Below, piece after piece: positions 1 to 10,850 of a stretch of DNA of 64,000 nt. This DNA is from Nemertoderma westbladi. Lineage: Eukaryota > Animalia > Xenacoelomorpha. Under the pieces are notes generated by a model. It was not told where the DNA came from. It worked only from the letters and a program-made list of their open reading frames with translations, and did no database searches. The DNA is taken from positions 1-64,000 of the forward strand of contig JAUCBJ010003514.1 of NCBI GenBank assembly GCA_032718475.1. Direction: 5' to 3'. Both the position numbers and the translations under genes were made by a program. The stretch's first letter is position 1; each line of letters opens with the position of its first letter.

Positions 1-1
1 T

Positions 2-832
2 GGGTTTATTCAGTGATCGTTTAAGACGAGCGATCGTGGGTGGTATGTCGAACAGGTTTCGCTCGAAACTCCCGTAAGTGTAACGCGTAAAACTATGTTT
101 AGCGCAACGTCTCCGCGGATGTTTATGTCTTTCAATTTGTTGGTTGGGTCTAGGGCATTCGTCGCAATAATACCAAAGACGCACGTCCTGTAGAGGAAAC
201 GCGGGTGATCGTTCTCCAGTTTTGCAGTATTCTTCCATTTGTTCAAAACTATCCGGGATAACAGGTAGTGGACGATCGGCTGTAAGATACATCATAGTGA
301 AATAGAGCCGTTTTAGTTCTACTACAGGGTCGTGATGGATACCTTGAGGATATTGAGTCTCTAAGTTCTGCTGACTAGCGACATTGAGATAGGTTTCTCT
401 CAAAAACTCTAAGTATTCGTTGAAGTCGATGCGTTTCTCCGGTTCTTCAACGTTTTCTCTTTCCAGTCTATTACGAATAGAATTTTCGTGATCTATTCTC
501 GGTTTATCGTTACGACTCCGCTGGGTATGATATTTAAATAGAACCATTTCCCTTTCTGTATCTACATCGTCCGTATCATGTAAGTCGATAGGGTGGCCGG
601 TCGTTAGGAAGTCCATATACGTACCATTATGATTCGTATAGCGAGTGGTGAATTTTCGATAGTCCAATTCAAGCGCAAGTTGCTCTTGGGACATCGGCGG
701 TTCGATATAACGACCATCGTCCTCCGTAATGGTTGGATCGGCTACACCGCGTATTAAGCTATCCACAAATGCTTGTAAAGGTAGAGTATATCGCTCCCTA
801 ATACCAAGATCATCTTCTATTAACTCCGTCAT
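2..832 (-). CDS. Gag-like first ORF of an LTR retrotransposon, N-terminal 277 codons, running off the left window edge
   Basis: Manual translation from the ATG at 832 (MTELIEDDLGIRERYTLPLQAFVDS...RLKRSLNKP) has no stop to the edge. It starts ~90 bp after a PBS, and is missing from the ORF track because it has no stop. Confidence 0.6.
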   Translation of the reverse strand, partial: MTELIEDDLGIRERYTLPLQAFVDSLIRGVADPTITEDDGRYIEPPMSQEQLALELDYRKFTTRYTNHNGTYMDFLTTGHPIDLHDTDDVDTEREMVLFKYHTQRSRNDKPRIDHENSIRNRLERENVEEPEKRIDFNEYLEFLRETYLNVASQQNLETQYPQGIHHDPVVELKRLYFTMMYLTADRPLPVIPDSFEQMEEYCKTGERSPAFPLQDVRLWYYCDECPRPNQQIERHKHPRRRCAKHSFTRYTYGSFERNLFDIPPTIARLKRSLNKP

Positions 833-920
833 ATCTGCTATCTGAGTTTATTAATATTATAATGAGTTTATGTTTAGGCGAGCGGGCGTCGCTGCCTACC
901 TTTCTTTGCCCCCGGACAGT

Positions 921-936
921 GGGATTCTCAGCGCCA
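921..936 (-). promoter_or_regulatory. Primer-binding site (tRNA-Ser-like) of an LTR retrotransposon
   Basis: Minus strand reads ...ACA-T-TGGCGCTGAGAATCCC: an LTR end followed by TGGCGCTG, complementary to tRNA-Ser 3' ends. Confidence 0.6.
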
Positions 937-937
937 A

Positions 938-1970
938 TGTACCGTCGTCGCGGTGTTTACGCCAACATGTAGCAACAGCACGACAACGATAACCGGCACA
1001 AGTCACTCCACTGTCCGTCCCAAAGGCTTGGATCCACTTAGGTTCTTTCTATAGGAGAGTTGGGCTATTTTTACAATTGCGACTAGCTACTGTAAACACA
1101 CTTTAGCAGTAACATTCACCTATAAACGCACAAATTCCACACAACTGTCAACAACTGCACACACACAGGCCATTTGTCCGTTAGTCAGTGCCTTCCAGAA
1201 TGTCACGTTATTACTGTGTATCCTTGGATACTAACAGTGTGCTATGTTCTCTATGCTATGCAATGGGACAAGCTTTCTATTGTTCTTTTAACTTGCTTCT
1301 AATTCTAGCGTGGGTGTTGCTATGGTGACATTATGGAATGCTAGCGGTAGAATTAGGGTAATTCTCAAGCATACAGATCTGGGATGCTATTTAATAATAA
1401 TTCTTTAATTGTCAATATCCTCTTTATGCATGATTTTATTAATTTTATCGGCTATTGACTATATGTTGGAGATTCTCGCACTCTAATACACTCAATAGGA
1501 TGAATCTCCGCTCCCATGATCTATTAATTAATGGAATTTTGGGAATGTTATAAATTGTACAAAATGACAATTTATGAAATTCATTTAAAAATATGAATTT
1601 AAATTTATTCCCGTGAATTTTATTATTTGATGTTAAAATTGACACAATTTGATTCCAGAGCAGGTCTGGGGACATAGGATCCTTAATTCTATGAAATTTG
1701 TCTTTTAAGAGTATCGGGAAGTGCTACGATATCTTAATCGACTAGAATTGTTAACGGATCTGAATTTTACAGATTTTAATAAATATTAAATTAATATTTA
1801 AAATGGGCACCGATTTATTCCAGAACTTGTCTGGGGACTTTAACCATTGATTCTAGAATTTGTCTTTCAAGTATATCGGTGGGTGCCGCGATATCTTAAT
1901 CGACTAGAATTACAGATGGTCAAAAGGTTTAACAGATTTATTTGCGTTTTACGCTACTGTTAGAGGGACA
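938..1970 (-). mobile_element. Putative 5' LTR (~1 kb) of a Gypsy-like element inserted into the 3' region of the BEL element; right boundary approximate
   Basis: TGT...ACA termini next to the PBS, with an internal diverged duplication (~1650-1760 vs ~1815-1920). The partner LTR is outside the window. Confidence 0.45.
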
Positions 1971-2485
1971 TCACGCTACTATATGTATTATTTAATATAA
2001 GGTAGAAGAGCAATATCGCACGAAGCAATGTCAGTGTGAAGAGGCAAGTCGTTTCCAAGGTCTACCCAGAGCTTGGCTTAGCTGAGACACGAGGATCTGA
2101 ACTTTGCATTCCTAATACTCTGCCTACCAATAATACTTGAATATAGTAGTGGCTTTATTGTACTTTAATAAGTACGGACATTTCATCTTACTGTAGTCAC
2201 GTTGTTATAATATGATACGGACAGTAAGGAAAGAGAAAAAATTATTTCTCACCGTCGCACTAAATATATTATAAGTAATTACGTACGTAATAAACACTAA
2301 TATATTGCACTAATCTACTAAATAATCACTAAAATAACATTCTACTAAATAAAATTGAATAAAAACGATTATAATAAAGTACATAATAAAGTTCACATAT
2401 AAAAATATAACAAATAGATAAAATAATATAGTCATACACCCACTCCAGACGTATCACGTTAGGGAGTCCCTAGATGTTTGAGGAA

Positions 2486-5400
2486 TTAGGGAGGTGGTCG
2501 TGGGAAGAATGTCTTGCCTTCCATAGTTTCCAGAGAGTTCTCTGTCTCTTTCAGTAAACATAAACGACCAACTGGGCGATTGAGTTGTTGCGTCTCAAAG
2601 ATGATGCCTGGCTTCTTGAAGTTACGCCGCATGACGATGAGTTCTACTGAGCGTACTAAACCATCATCTGAAATGTGTGTCTCGATGATACGACCTGTCT
2701 GCCACCGTTTACGTGGGAGGTCTGGATCTACAATAAGCACCATATCTCCGGCGCTGACGTTTTCTTGTTGCGCAAACCACTTAGTTCGAAGTTGTAGCGT
2801 GGGCAGATAATGTTTCTCGAAATGGTCAGCGAAACGACGGGATAGCAACTGCATAAGTTGCCAAGTTCGACGGCAGTATTCGTCTCCGTCGGCAATCTCC
2901 GATCGTGGGAGCATGGCTACAGGTTTCTTCAGTAGGAAGTGCGCGGGTGTTAGCGCTTCTAGGGAATCGGGACTCGATGAGACTGGCATAAGCGGTCTCT
3001 CGTTGAGATAGGCAGCGATTTCCTCCATTAACGTCCGCAAAAGTTCGTCGGTGAGATACGCGCGGCATGGCACTATAAAGTGAAATGCGGTTTTGACACT
3101 TCGAATTAATCTCTCCCAACTTCCTCCCCACCAAGGGGCGTCGGCAGCGTTGAAGGTCCAGCTAGACGCTGTTATCCTTAGCTGGTCGTCCACCTGTCTT
3201 TGGTTCCAGTCCTTCACGTAAGCCTGTATCTCGTTGTTGGCACCTATGAAGTTCGTTCCTTTATCCGATCTCATGGTATTACTCGTCCCAAAGCGAGCGA
3301 TCTGTCGTCGTAAACTTAAGACGAAGCTGTTGGTAGATAGATCGTTCACCATATCGAGATGGATGGCTCTACAAGTCATGCACACGAAGATGACACACCA
3401 TCTCTTGACTATAGTCCTCGCACGATATACTTCAATAGGGCCAAATAAATCTACACCAGTATTAGTAAAAGGTGGTTCATAGAAGTTTACTCGTTCCCTA
3501 GGTAATTCTGCCTCTCGCTGTGTTAAAGGCCTACTGAATGCTTTCCTACAGGGTATGCAGTTCCTAAGAACTTGGTTCAGAGCTCTACGGGGTTTATCAA
3601 AATAATAGCGAGTTCGAATTTCGCTAAGAATTCGTTCTCTACCAGCATGGTAAAGTTTACTGTGAACGTCTACAATCATCTTGATTTGTACTTCAAGATT
3701 TCTAATAAGTATGGGGAATTTGGTGTCAAAGGATAAGGGTGCGTTGGTGAGTCTTCCTCCAACACGTATTAACCCATCTATCATTGTGCTCGAGAATCGA
3801 TCCCTTAAGCGCATCTGTGGATTTCTCAACAACAGGAAGTACTTTTCGGAATCCTCATAGCATTGCAGGAGTCTCAGTATCTGCTTATTTGTTTCTTCAT
3901 ACTCCTGGTGACTAATTTTCTCCTTTAGAAAACGATCAGATATCTTATATTTGGGTAAATTCTTAATAACATGAACTTGTGCAGATGTCAATGGAGCGTG
4001 ATCACTAGTGGTCTTCGTCCTGGAGTAGTGATGATGAAAACATCGTCTTAAATATGTGACGGCTTTACAGAGCCGATTCCAGGAACTGTAATGATGCATT
4101 GCTCTCTGCAGCATGGGTGAGATTCCTTGCGAGATGTCTGGTATTCCAGATTTCCAATCTCTATCTCTAATTTCCACAACAGACTTATTTGTGTTGAGGG
4201 ATTGTGGATCCGAAGCATCATTCCCGGAAGTATGTAATACAGATAGATCGATAGTCGGTTTAAATAACTTCGATTTACTCGCCCGGGTTTTAGGTTTGAC
4301 TGTCTCCGCTCCCTTGGCTTGTCTAATCTCTGCCGTAGTAAGGTGAGGAGGCCATTCATCCTCTTCCTTGCTCAGGAAGTCGGGTCCACCCAACCAATCT
4401 GGAGTATCTATCAGTTCCTGTGGAGTTGCTCCCCTGGAGGCGATATCGGCTGGATTAATCGTACCAGGGCAATGTCTCCATTGATCTATCTTTGTGCGAC
4501 TAAGAATAATAGCTACTCGGTTAGTAACAAAAACGCTAAACTGACAGACTTCATTGGTGAGATACTCCAACACGAGTAAAGCGTCGGTCCAATAAACCGT
4601 TTTCTCCAGTGGATAGTCGATTTGTTCCGTTACGTTCCGGCCGATGGCTGTAGCGTATAAAGCCGCCTTTAACTCCGCTCGAGGAACCTTTAACTTGTTG
4701 TTAATCAATGCCTTAGAGGTAACCAAGGCGACTTTGATTCCATCCGGAGTTTCGACTCGCAGATATGCTACTATACCTATTCCCATATCGCTGGCGTCTC
4801 CAAACACATGGAGTTGATAGGAATACGTAGGAAGAACATGACCAAAATATGCACGGGAAATTATAAAGTTCTCGATGGCAGGTAGAGAATCTTCCCATTT
4901 CATCCATTTCTTTAACAATTCCCCTTTAAGCGGATCGTCCCATGAGTGGTTTTCAAGCCACATTTGTTGTACTAAACTCCGAGCAATCAATATAACTGGG
5001 CTAATAAATCCCAATGGGTCGAAATAAGTGCTCAGGATACTTAAACAAATCCGTTTGGTCTGAACTGGATTATCTCGCTGTTTTAACTGAAAAAACAGGA
5101 TGTCTCTTTCAGTGTCCCACTTCAAGCCTAGCGTCTTGGTTTCAGGAAGATCGTCCTTTATTAAGTCTAGGTCTTTCGCTCCGCGATCTTCTACCGGTAT
5201 GGCTTCCAGAAACTCACGGGAGTTACTAGTGAATTTCGTCAGTCGAAATCCACCTCTTTTCAAACACTCTACCGTTCCTTTCGCGACAGCTATGGCTTCT
5301 TCTACTGATGGAAGGGACCTTAAATTGTCGTCCATGTATATATTGCGTTTTATGTTGTCTATCACTTCTTTGGAGAAGGAGTCTCGGTTGTCATTCGCAG

Positions 5401-7462
5401 TGGTTCGCACCACGGAGCAGGCGTTGGAAGGGCTTGATATGATCCCAAAAGCCTGGATGGTCATCCAGTACTCTACCGGTTTCTGGTTGAGGTCTCCTTC
5501 AGGCCACCACAGAAATCTCAGGCTATCTCTATCTCTATCCAGCGCCTTGACTTGTAAGAACATTCCTTCTATATCAGAGGCGAACGCGATGGAATATTGT
5601 CTTAATCTTAATAGTATTCCCAACAAAGATTGGAGTAAGTTGGGTCCTGGTAACAACTCGGAATTAAGGGATTGGCCCATATATAGAGCGGAGCCATCGA
5701 ATACGACTCGGACTTCATGGGGTTTACCGGGTTTGGGAACGTAATGATGTGTTAAATAATACGTTCTCTCAGTCACTGGTGTTCCTTCCGGTACTCTCTC
5801 CGCGTATCCCTTTGTTATAAATTTCTTCAGCTGAGTTTGGTACATTTCTTTCGCTGAAGCATAAGCTGTAAGTCGTCGATGTAATTGAGCGATTCTTTTC
5901 TCCGCCAAGGGTCTGTTATTTATAAATCTAGGTTCTCGTTTTCGAAATGGTAGGCCGATTTCATACCTACCTTGGTCCTTTAAAAAACGTGTGGTTGTTT
6001 CCTGGATTTGCTTGGCTCTTTCTTCTTCTATCGATAGAGCCTTATCATATGAATTGGGCTCTACCAGTTCCTGAGTAAAGAATCGTACGGCTAGTTCGTC
6101 CCGAGTTCTAGCGTTGCAGCGCTCTATCTCATCGTTTAGTTCGTCATTGTAAGCGATGGGTTCCGATGGGTGAATCAGTTGACATAGGTTCACCTGACTT
6201 TTCCAAGTTTGGTTTTCTGTAAGTAGGTCGATTGTGTTCTCTTCATCGAAGAGTTGGTAGATGTCGTCATTATCTGAGGAGTATGGTGTTCCCTCAGTTA
6301 GTTCGTCCACCTCACTGCTCTCCACTTCCCAATCATGTACTTGGTATGTTTGTTCTTGTGGCATTCTCTCTTCGAGAGTCCTGCGGGAAGGGCCAGTAAA
6401 GTACCAACCTACTCTAGTTCTTACCGCATAGGTTTGCAGTGGCTGTGGTTGAGCAGGCCGTTTCTCCAATGTTTCGAGCACCTCATGCGCGTTATGGCCG
6501 ATGAGTATTTGCACTCCAGGATAATCTGTCTGGAATCGAGGTATCTTAAGATGTTGGATGCTCTCATCCTCGTCCCAATTACAAAGGTCTGCTTGAGTAG
6601 TAGCGAAGTTCTTTATAGCCACCATTTTTACTGACCTTATACCTTGTGCTCCTAACTTATCCTGGGGGGTGGACAACACACCTACATAGTAATCTGCCGT
6701 TAAGGTAGATTTCCAAACCTGCATAATTCCTGACATATTCAATTTAGTCCGGAATTTGGGTTGTCCAGCAAAGATATCTTCGGCTAATTCTTGATCGATG
6801 AATGTTCCTGTGCTGCCGGAGTCAAGGAGGGCGTTCACTATGTAACTTTTGTTAAGACCGTGAACTCTTACCTGCACTACAGGAAATTCTCTGATTCCTA
6901 CGTTGGAAGTTGGAGCTTTCCAAGATGGTTGTTTGGCAAAAGTAGTTGGGGGAAACTCATTGTTGGTGTCCTTTTCATAAGTAAGTGCTCGATACACTGC
7001 GGTATTGATTAGATAACAGGATTCGTTGGCGTCGGAGAATTCGTCAGTATAGAATCCTTCCATCTCAGACTCCTGATCAGTGTCATTTACATCACTGAAT
7101 TGGACATGTAGTTCGGGCTCACTTACCTGACTCTGTTTGTCTCGTTCGAACTCACTGTGTAACAAGATGTGATGTTTCGCGCCACACTTTGCACACTTTA
7201 TGTCGGAGTAACAGGTTCGCCGTTGGTGTCCTGGTCTGAGGCAATTATAGCATAACCGCTTGTCCCACACAACTGCACGTCTGTCTACAAGGGATTTCTT
7301 TAGAAATTCAGCACACGCACTCAAACGGTGGGTCCCGTCGCACAGCGCACAGTTAGGTTTTATGTTACTCACTTTACCTTGGGTAACTTGATGCACTCTC
7401 GTTTTTTCTTCGGGTTTTCTTCGGTGCATTCTGTTAGGAGACTGAGGAGGGGGTCTTGGCAA
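2486..7462 (-). CDS. BEL/Pao polyprotein C-terminal part: zinc knuckles, aspartic protease, RT, RNase H (Pao peptidase A17 region), integrase
   Basis: Knuckles CALCDGTH / CYNCLRPGH / CAKCGAKHH; protease ALLDSGS; RT RVVFDGSA, DIEGMFLQV, YMDD; RNase H region LHVFGDAS, WTDA, NPADIASRG; integrase HAG..CIPC, GVDLFGP, SDKGTNF, WGGSWERLI, WQTGRI. Confidence 0.95.
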   Translation of the reverse strand: MPRPPPQSPNRMHRRKPEEKTRVHQVTQGKVSNIKPNCALCDGTHRLSACAEFLKKSLVDRRAVVWDKRLCYNCLRPGHQRRTCYSDIKCAKCGAKHHILLHSEFERDKQSQVSEPELHVQFSDVNDTDQESEMEGFYTDEFSDANESCYLINTAVYRALTYEKDTNNEFPPTTFAKQPSWKAPTSNVGIREFPVVQVRVHGLNKSYIVNALLDSGSTGTFIDQELAEDIFAGQPKFRTKLNMSGIMQVWKSTLTADYYVGVLSTPQDKLGAQGIRSVKMVAIKNFATTQADLCNWDEDESIQHLKIPRFQTDYPGVQILIGHNAHEVLETLEKRPAQPQPLQTYAVRTRVGWYFTGPSRRTLEERMPQEQTYQVHDWEVESSEVDELTEGTPYSSDNDDIYQLFDEENTIDLLTENQTWKSQVNLCQLIHPSEPIAYNDELNDEIERCNARTRDELAVRFFTQELVEPNSYDKALSIEEERAKQIQETTTRFLKDQGRYEIGLPFRKREPRFINNRPLAEKRIAQLHRRLTAYASAKEMYQTQLKKFITKGYAERVPEGTPVTERTYYLTHHYVPKPGKPHEVRVVFDGSALYMGQSLNSELLPGPNLLQSLLGILLRLRQYSIAFASDIEGMFLQVKALDRDRDSLRFLWWPEGDLNQKPVEYWMTIQAFGIISSPSNACSVVRTTANDNRDSFSKEVIDNIKRNIYMDDNLRSLPSVEEAIAVAKGTVECLKRGGFRLTKFTSNSREFLEAIPVEDRGAKDLDLIKDDLPETKTLGLKWDTERDILFFQLKQRDNPVQTKRICLSILSTYFDPLGFISPVILIARSLVQQMWLENHSWDDPLKGELLKKWMKWEDSLPAIENFIISRAYFGHVLPTYSYQLHVFGDASDMGIGIVAYLRVETPDGIKVALVTSKALINNKLKVPRAELKAALYATAIGRNVTEQIDYPLEKTVYWTDALLVLEYLTNEVCQFSVFVTNRVAIILSRTKIDQWRHCPGTINPADIASRGATPQELIDTPDWLGGPDFLSKEEDEWPPHLTTAEIRQAKGAETVKPKTRASKSKLFKPTIDLSVLHTSGNDASDPQSLNTNKSVVEIRDRDWKSGIPDISQGISPMLQRAMHHYSSWNRLCKAVTYLRRCFHHHYSRTKTTSDHAPLTSAQVHVIKNLPKYKISDRFLKEKISHQEYEETNKQILRLLQCYEDSEKYFLLLRNPQMRLRDRFSSTMIDGLIRVGGRLTNAPLSFDTKFPILIRNLEVQIKMIVDVHSKLYHAGRERILSEIRTRYYFDKPRRALNQVLRNCIPCRKAFSRPLTQREAELPRERVNFYEPPFTNTGVDLFGPIEVYRARTIVKRWCVIFVCMTCRAIHLDMVNDLSTNSFVLSLRRQIARFGTSNTMRSDKGTNFIGANNEIQAYVKDWNQRQVDDQLRITASSWTFNAADAPWWGGSWERLIRSVKTAFHFIVPCRAYLTDELLRTLMEEIAAYLNERPLMPVSSSPDSLEALTPAHFLLKKPVAMLPRSEIADGDEYCRRTWQLMQLLSRRFADHFEKHYLPTLQLRTKWFAQQENVSAGDMVLIVDPDLPRKRWQTGRIIETHISDDGLVRSVELIVMRRNFKKPGIIFETQQLNRPVGRLCLLKETENSLETMEGKTFFPRPPP

Positions 7463-10400
7463 CTTGTTCTCTCCTATCGTTGTTTCGAGCCTTGTATTTA
7501 CTTACATCTTTTGAGGTTTTGTCGACGTAGTAAGATTTCTCAGTGTCTTTCCCGCTGTCCTCTTCTTGAGAAACTTGGCTTTCGCCGTCGTCAGTGTAAC
7601 ACACCGGTGTTATTCTTCTCCTAGAAGCGGGTTTCTCACTTACCTTATTTTCCGATGTTTTCTCTCTGGACTGCTTGATGAGTTGTAGTTTTACCTCACC
7701 ATCCAAGAAGGACATGAGATCAGCCATGGTAGGACTTCGTCGTTGTTGTTCATTCATGTACAACACTTTCTTGTCCCAGCGTGTACATACTCCACCCTTT
7801 GGTAAAGTAGAGACTACGGCTCCAATAACCATTGAACTCTGATATTCATGAGACTTACCTAACCAGTCCAATTGTCTACAGATCTCCTGAATTTCATCGG
7901 AAAACTCTATAATCCCGCTACTAAGGAAGTGTCGGGGGGCTACTAATTTTGCATACAAATACTTAGCTATGTTATCCTTGTTACCATACCTGATGTTTAA
8001 TGTATCCCATACTTGTCTTAATCCTTCTGGATGTCCAATGAACTTTAACGCCATTAACTTGGGAGGTCCTTCCAAGCACTTGATGAGGAACCTAAGTTTC
8101 TCTCCGTTAGATAGTACAGAGTTTTGTATGCTATCTTTGTAATATTCGTTGAAAGGTAACCATTTCATCTCATCTCCATTGAATTTGACGATCTCTCCCA
8201 CTTTGACCGCTTGGCGGGCTTCTGTTCTAGCCATCTGACGCGTAAAGCTTTCTTGTGCCATCGTGTTATTTAATATCGAATTATCGGTATATAAATTTCT
8301 CGGATCATTGTCAGGTCTATAAGGGATATCATTAATAACAGGTCTATAATCACCCTTAATAGGGTTTGCTATAGGAGTTTCTACTTCACTAGCAGTATAG
8401 ATGCGTGTAGGCTCCACACCTTGCGCATGTAATACTTCAGACCTAACAGGTTGACACAATTTTACAGGGGGTATTGGTATTCCCTTTTGGATATTGACTA
8501 ATTTGTCGCGTTCTAGCGCGATACTTTGCTGCACTTCTTGCAATTCGGCCCTACCTTCCCTTACTGTTCCCTTAAGTTGGTAGACAGTCTCCTGCATCTG
8601 TCCGAGCAGGAGATTCATCCCCCGCCGTCCCTCCTCTACCCACTCGACCGCCGAAGCGGGAGTCGCCAACATAGTAGCGGGCTGACACGGGACGACGGGA
8701 GACAAATCTTTGATTTCTCTCTCAGCTTCCAGGACAGGGATATTCTCATGGACTGTTCTACCGGGTACAGGCAGTGTAGTACTGTGTAAAGGGAATTTAG
8801 AGTGAAGCTCTGGAAGTACAGGGGTCTCTAACACAGAAGTGACTTTGGGAACGACAGGCCTAATTATTTCAGGCTCATCAACTATTGTAGGGAGTCTTTT
8901 GACCTGAACAGTTTGGTCTATGGGTTCCGTACTACCTAAGTCTGTGCTAGCTAGCTGTCTTTTAACAGCTGGGGGCAAATCAGGCAATTTGTGACAGTGA
9001 GATGTTTTTCTACGCCTGCTTAGATGAGATCTATTTCCTCCGCCTTCAGGATCGGTGGTTTCGCTTTCCTCCGATGATGTGTATCCCTGGCGTTTGGGAG
9101 TAGATCGTCTCATCATCTGCATTTGCCTAGCAGTTAACTGTTTATTTATGTTGTCTTGCGTCTCTTGCAGATTTTCCAACTCCAGTTGGGTAGTCTGCTC
9201 AGACGCTCTCCGTTCTGCTTCTGCCACTGCCCTTTCCGCCTTTGCTGCTATTCTTTCTGCTTCTACTTCTACCGCCGCTGCTTTTCTTTCTGCTTCTGCT
9301 TCTGCCGTAGCCGCCGCCTTTTGTTCCTCTATCCGTCTTTTCTTTACCTTTTCTTCTTGGACTCTAGCGAGGCGGAGTTTTTCATCAAATTCTGCTTGGT
9401 TAGCGGCTAACATTTCAGCATCGATTGAATCTAACACACGCTGGGTTCCTTCACTATTGGGGGAAAGTCCAGACAGCCGTCTCCTCAATTCTTCGTCTCC
9501 TAGGAATCGCTGATAGTCGGACAGATAAATGTCTATGGCGTCTCTCGTTCGTGGTTTCTCTGAGGTCTCTTCGCCTTCCACTTGAGAAAGGGTGGCATCG
9601 GTTGGTTCTTCATAAGTTAGTCTCTCAGACAGCTGGGATTTCCACTGGTCTGTTTCTTGTACTTGGAGACCTACCCGCTGGAACCAAGTTTTGACAGCAA
9701 CCTGCAGTGAAGTGTCCTGTCTTCTTTTGGAAGTTTCCTCAAAAGCTGATAGGATTAGTCGAATGCGTAGGGTTCTTTCGCGTACTTGATATAGCAGTTC
9801 TTCCTGCTCTTGAGGTCCTTGGGGTTGTCGAAACAGTTGTTCTTCTAATTTCTCTAAGGAGCCGAAGAATCCCTGTACATATCCTGCTGCCGACCTCTTC
9901 CAAACAGCTGGATCCATCGTATCTTTAGCCACTCCCATCCTGTGTATATCTTCCCAAGTAGCCTCGGACAGATCTAACGGGAGTCCGGGTCCGGGAAAGT
10001 TCCATTGTGACTCGACAATAGACATCAATTCTTCCCTGGCGTATCCCGCATAATTATCTTGGGTCGCTCGCTTATTTCTCGCCCAATCTGCTTGATGTTC
10101 CTCCACCGCAATCAATATAGTTGTTAGCACTGCGGCAGGAAGGGTGAGAAGGGGGTCCGAGTAGGCTTTAGCCGTCATCTGCAATCCGCGTTCGGGGGTC
10201 AGTTCGACAGTATCCGAACTACTGGAGCTATCTGATCGCTGGGAACAAGTTTCTTGACTAGGCTGTTGCTGCTGTGGGACAGCTGCTTCCTGGTTCCGTT
10301 TGACTTGGGCCCGAGTGCCGATGATAGACCTACGGTGTTGGATTAGCTTAGGGTCTGATACTACTACTGGAGGGATGACCTTTCTTTCAGTAGGAGGTGA

Positions 10401-10496
10401 GCTGAACTCCTTTCTTAATCGCTCCACACTCCTATCTGTGTCACAGATGGTTGTATCGATTAGACTGTCTGACAGGTTTTGCTGAGTGTCAGACAT
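7434..10496 (-). CDS. BEL/Pao Gag (long low-complexity/coiled-coil N-terminus plus DUF1759-like core), separated from pol by a +1 frameshift
   Basis: IVKFNGDEMKWLPF...EKLRFLIKCLEGPP...LNIRYG is the typical Pao gag core. The ORF overlaps the pol ORF. Confidence 0.88.
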   Translation of the reverse strand: MSDTQQNLSDSLIDTTICDTDRSVERLRKEFSSPPTERKVIPPVVVSDPKLIQHRRSIIGTRAQVKRNQEAAVPQQQQPSQETCSQRSDSSSSSDTVELTPERGLQMTAKAYSDPLLTLPAAVLTTILIAVEEHQADWARNKRATQDNYAGYAREELMSIVESQWNFPGPGLPLDLSEATWEDIHRMGVAKDTMDPAVWKRSAAGYVQGFFGSLEKLEEQLFRQPQGPQEQEELLYQVRERTLRIRLILSAFEETSKRRQDTSLQVAVKTWFQRVGLQVQETDQWKSQLSERLTYEEPTDATLSQVEGEETSEKPRTRDAIDIYLSDYQRFLGDEELRRRLSGLSPNSEGTQRVLDSIDAEMLAANQAEFDEKLRLARVQEEKVKKRRIEEQKAAATAEAEAERKAAAVEVEAERIAAKAERAVAEAERRASEQTTQLELENLQETQDNINKQLTARQMQMMRRSTPKRQGYTSSEESETTDPEGGGNRSHLSRRRKTSHCHKLPDLPPAVKRQLASTDLGSTEPIDQTVQVKRLPTIVDEPEIIRPVVPKVTSVLETPVLPELHSKFPLHSTTLPVPGRTVHENIPVLEAEREIKDLSPVVPCQPATMLATPASAVEWVEEGRRGMNLLLGQMQETVYQLKGTVREGRAELQEVQQSIALERDKLVNIQKGIPIPPVKLCQPVRSEVLHAQGVEPTRIYTASEVETPIANPIKGDYRPVINDIPYRPDNDPRNLYTDNSILNNTMAQESFTRQMARTEARQAVKVGEIVKFNGDEMKWLPFNEYYKDSIQNSVLSNGEKLRFLIKCLEGPPKLMALKFIGHPEGLRQVWDTLNIRYGNKDNIAKYLYAKLVAPRHFLSSGIIEFSDEIQEICRQLDWLGKSHEYQSSMVIGAVVSTLPKGGVCTRWDKKVLYMNEQQRRSPTMADLMSFLDGEVKLQLIKQSREKTSENKVSEKPASRRRITPVCYTDDGESQVSQEEDSGKDTEKSYYVDKTSKDVSKYKARNNDRREQVAKTPSSVS

Positions 10497-10589
10497 GTTT
10501 AGCTATACAGTTGAATGCTTACTGCTATAGTTACAGTTAAAGCAAGTCTAGTAATTCAGTATGACCGTTGGCCTAGTACCGGTAATTTA

Positions 10590-10850
10590 TTGCAGTATAT
10601 TAGAATACCGGTATGCACTTATAATATATATAAGTATTGTAAACTAGTTTTGTCACAGAGTACCGGTATATAAATTTAGCACAAATATATAGAAATATAT
10701 AATAGGCCTATCGTGAATACCGGTATACAGCTTACACTTATATTATATAAGTATAATTATGAACTAGAATTAATTACAGAATACCGGTATGATTTCAGCT
10801 CAAATTTATAGAAATAAATATAATAAGCCTATGGTAAATACCGGTATGTC
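10590..10850. repeat. Diverged ~118-bp tandem repeat in the BEL 5' UTR
   Basis: Recurrent aataccggtat...ttatatataagtat...aactag...taccggtat...aaatatatagaaata...gcctat blocks. Confidence 0.6.

Noticed and set aside
1971-2446. Candidate BEL 3' LTR after a PPT-like GGAGTGGGTGTA
   Set aside because: No matching sequence was found upstream of gag, so it cannot be confirmed as an LTR; treated as 3' UTR.
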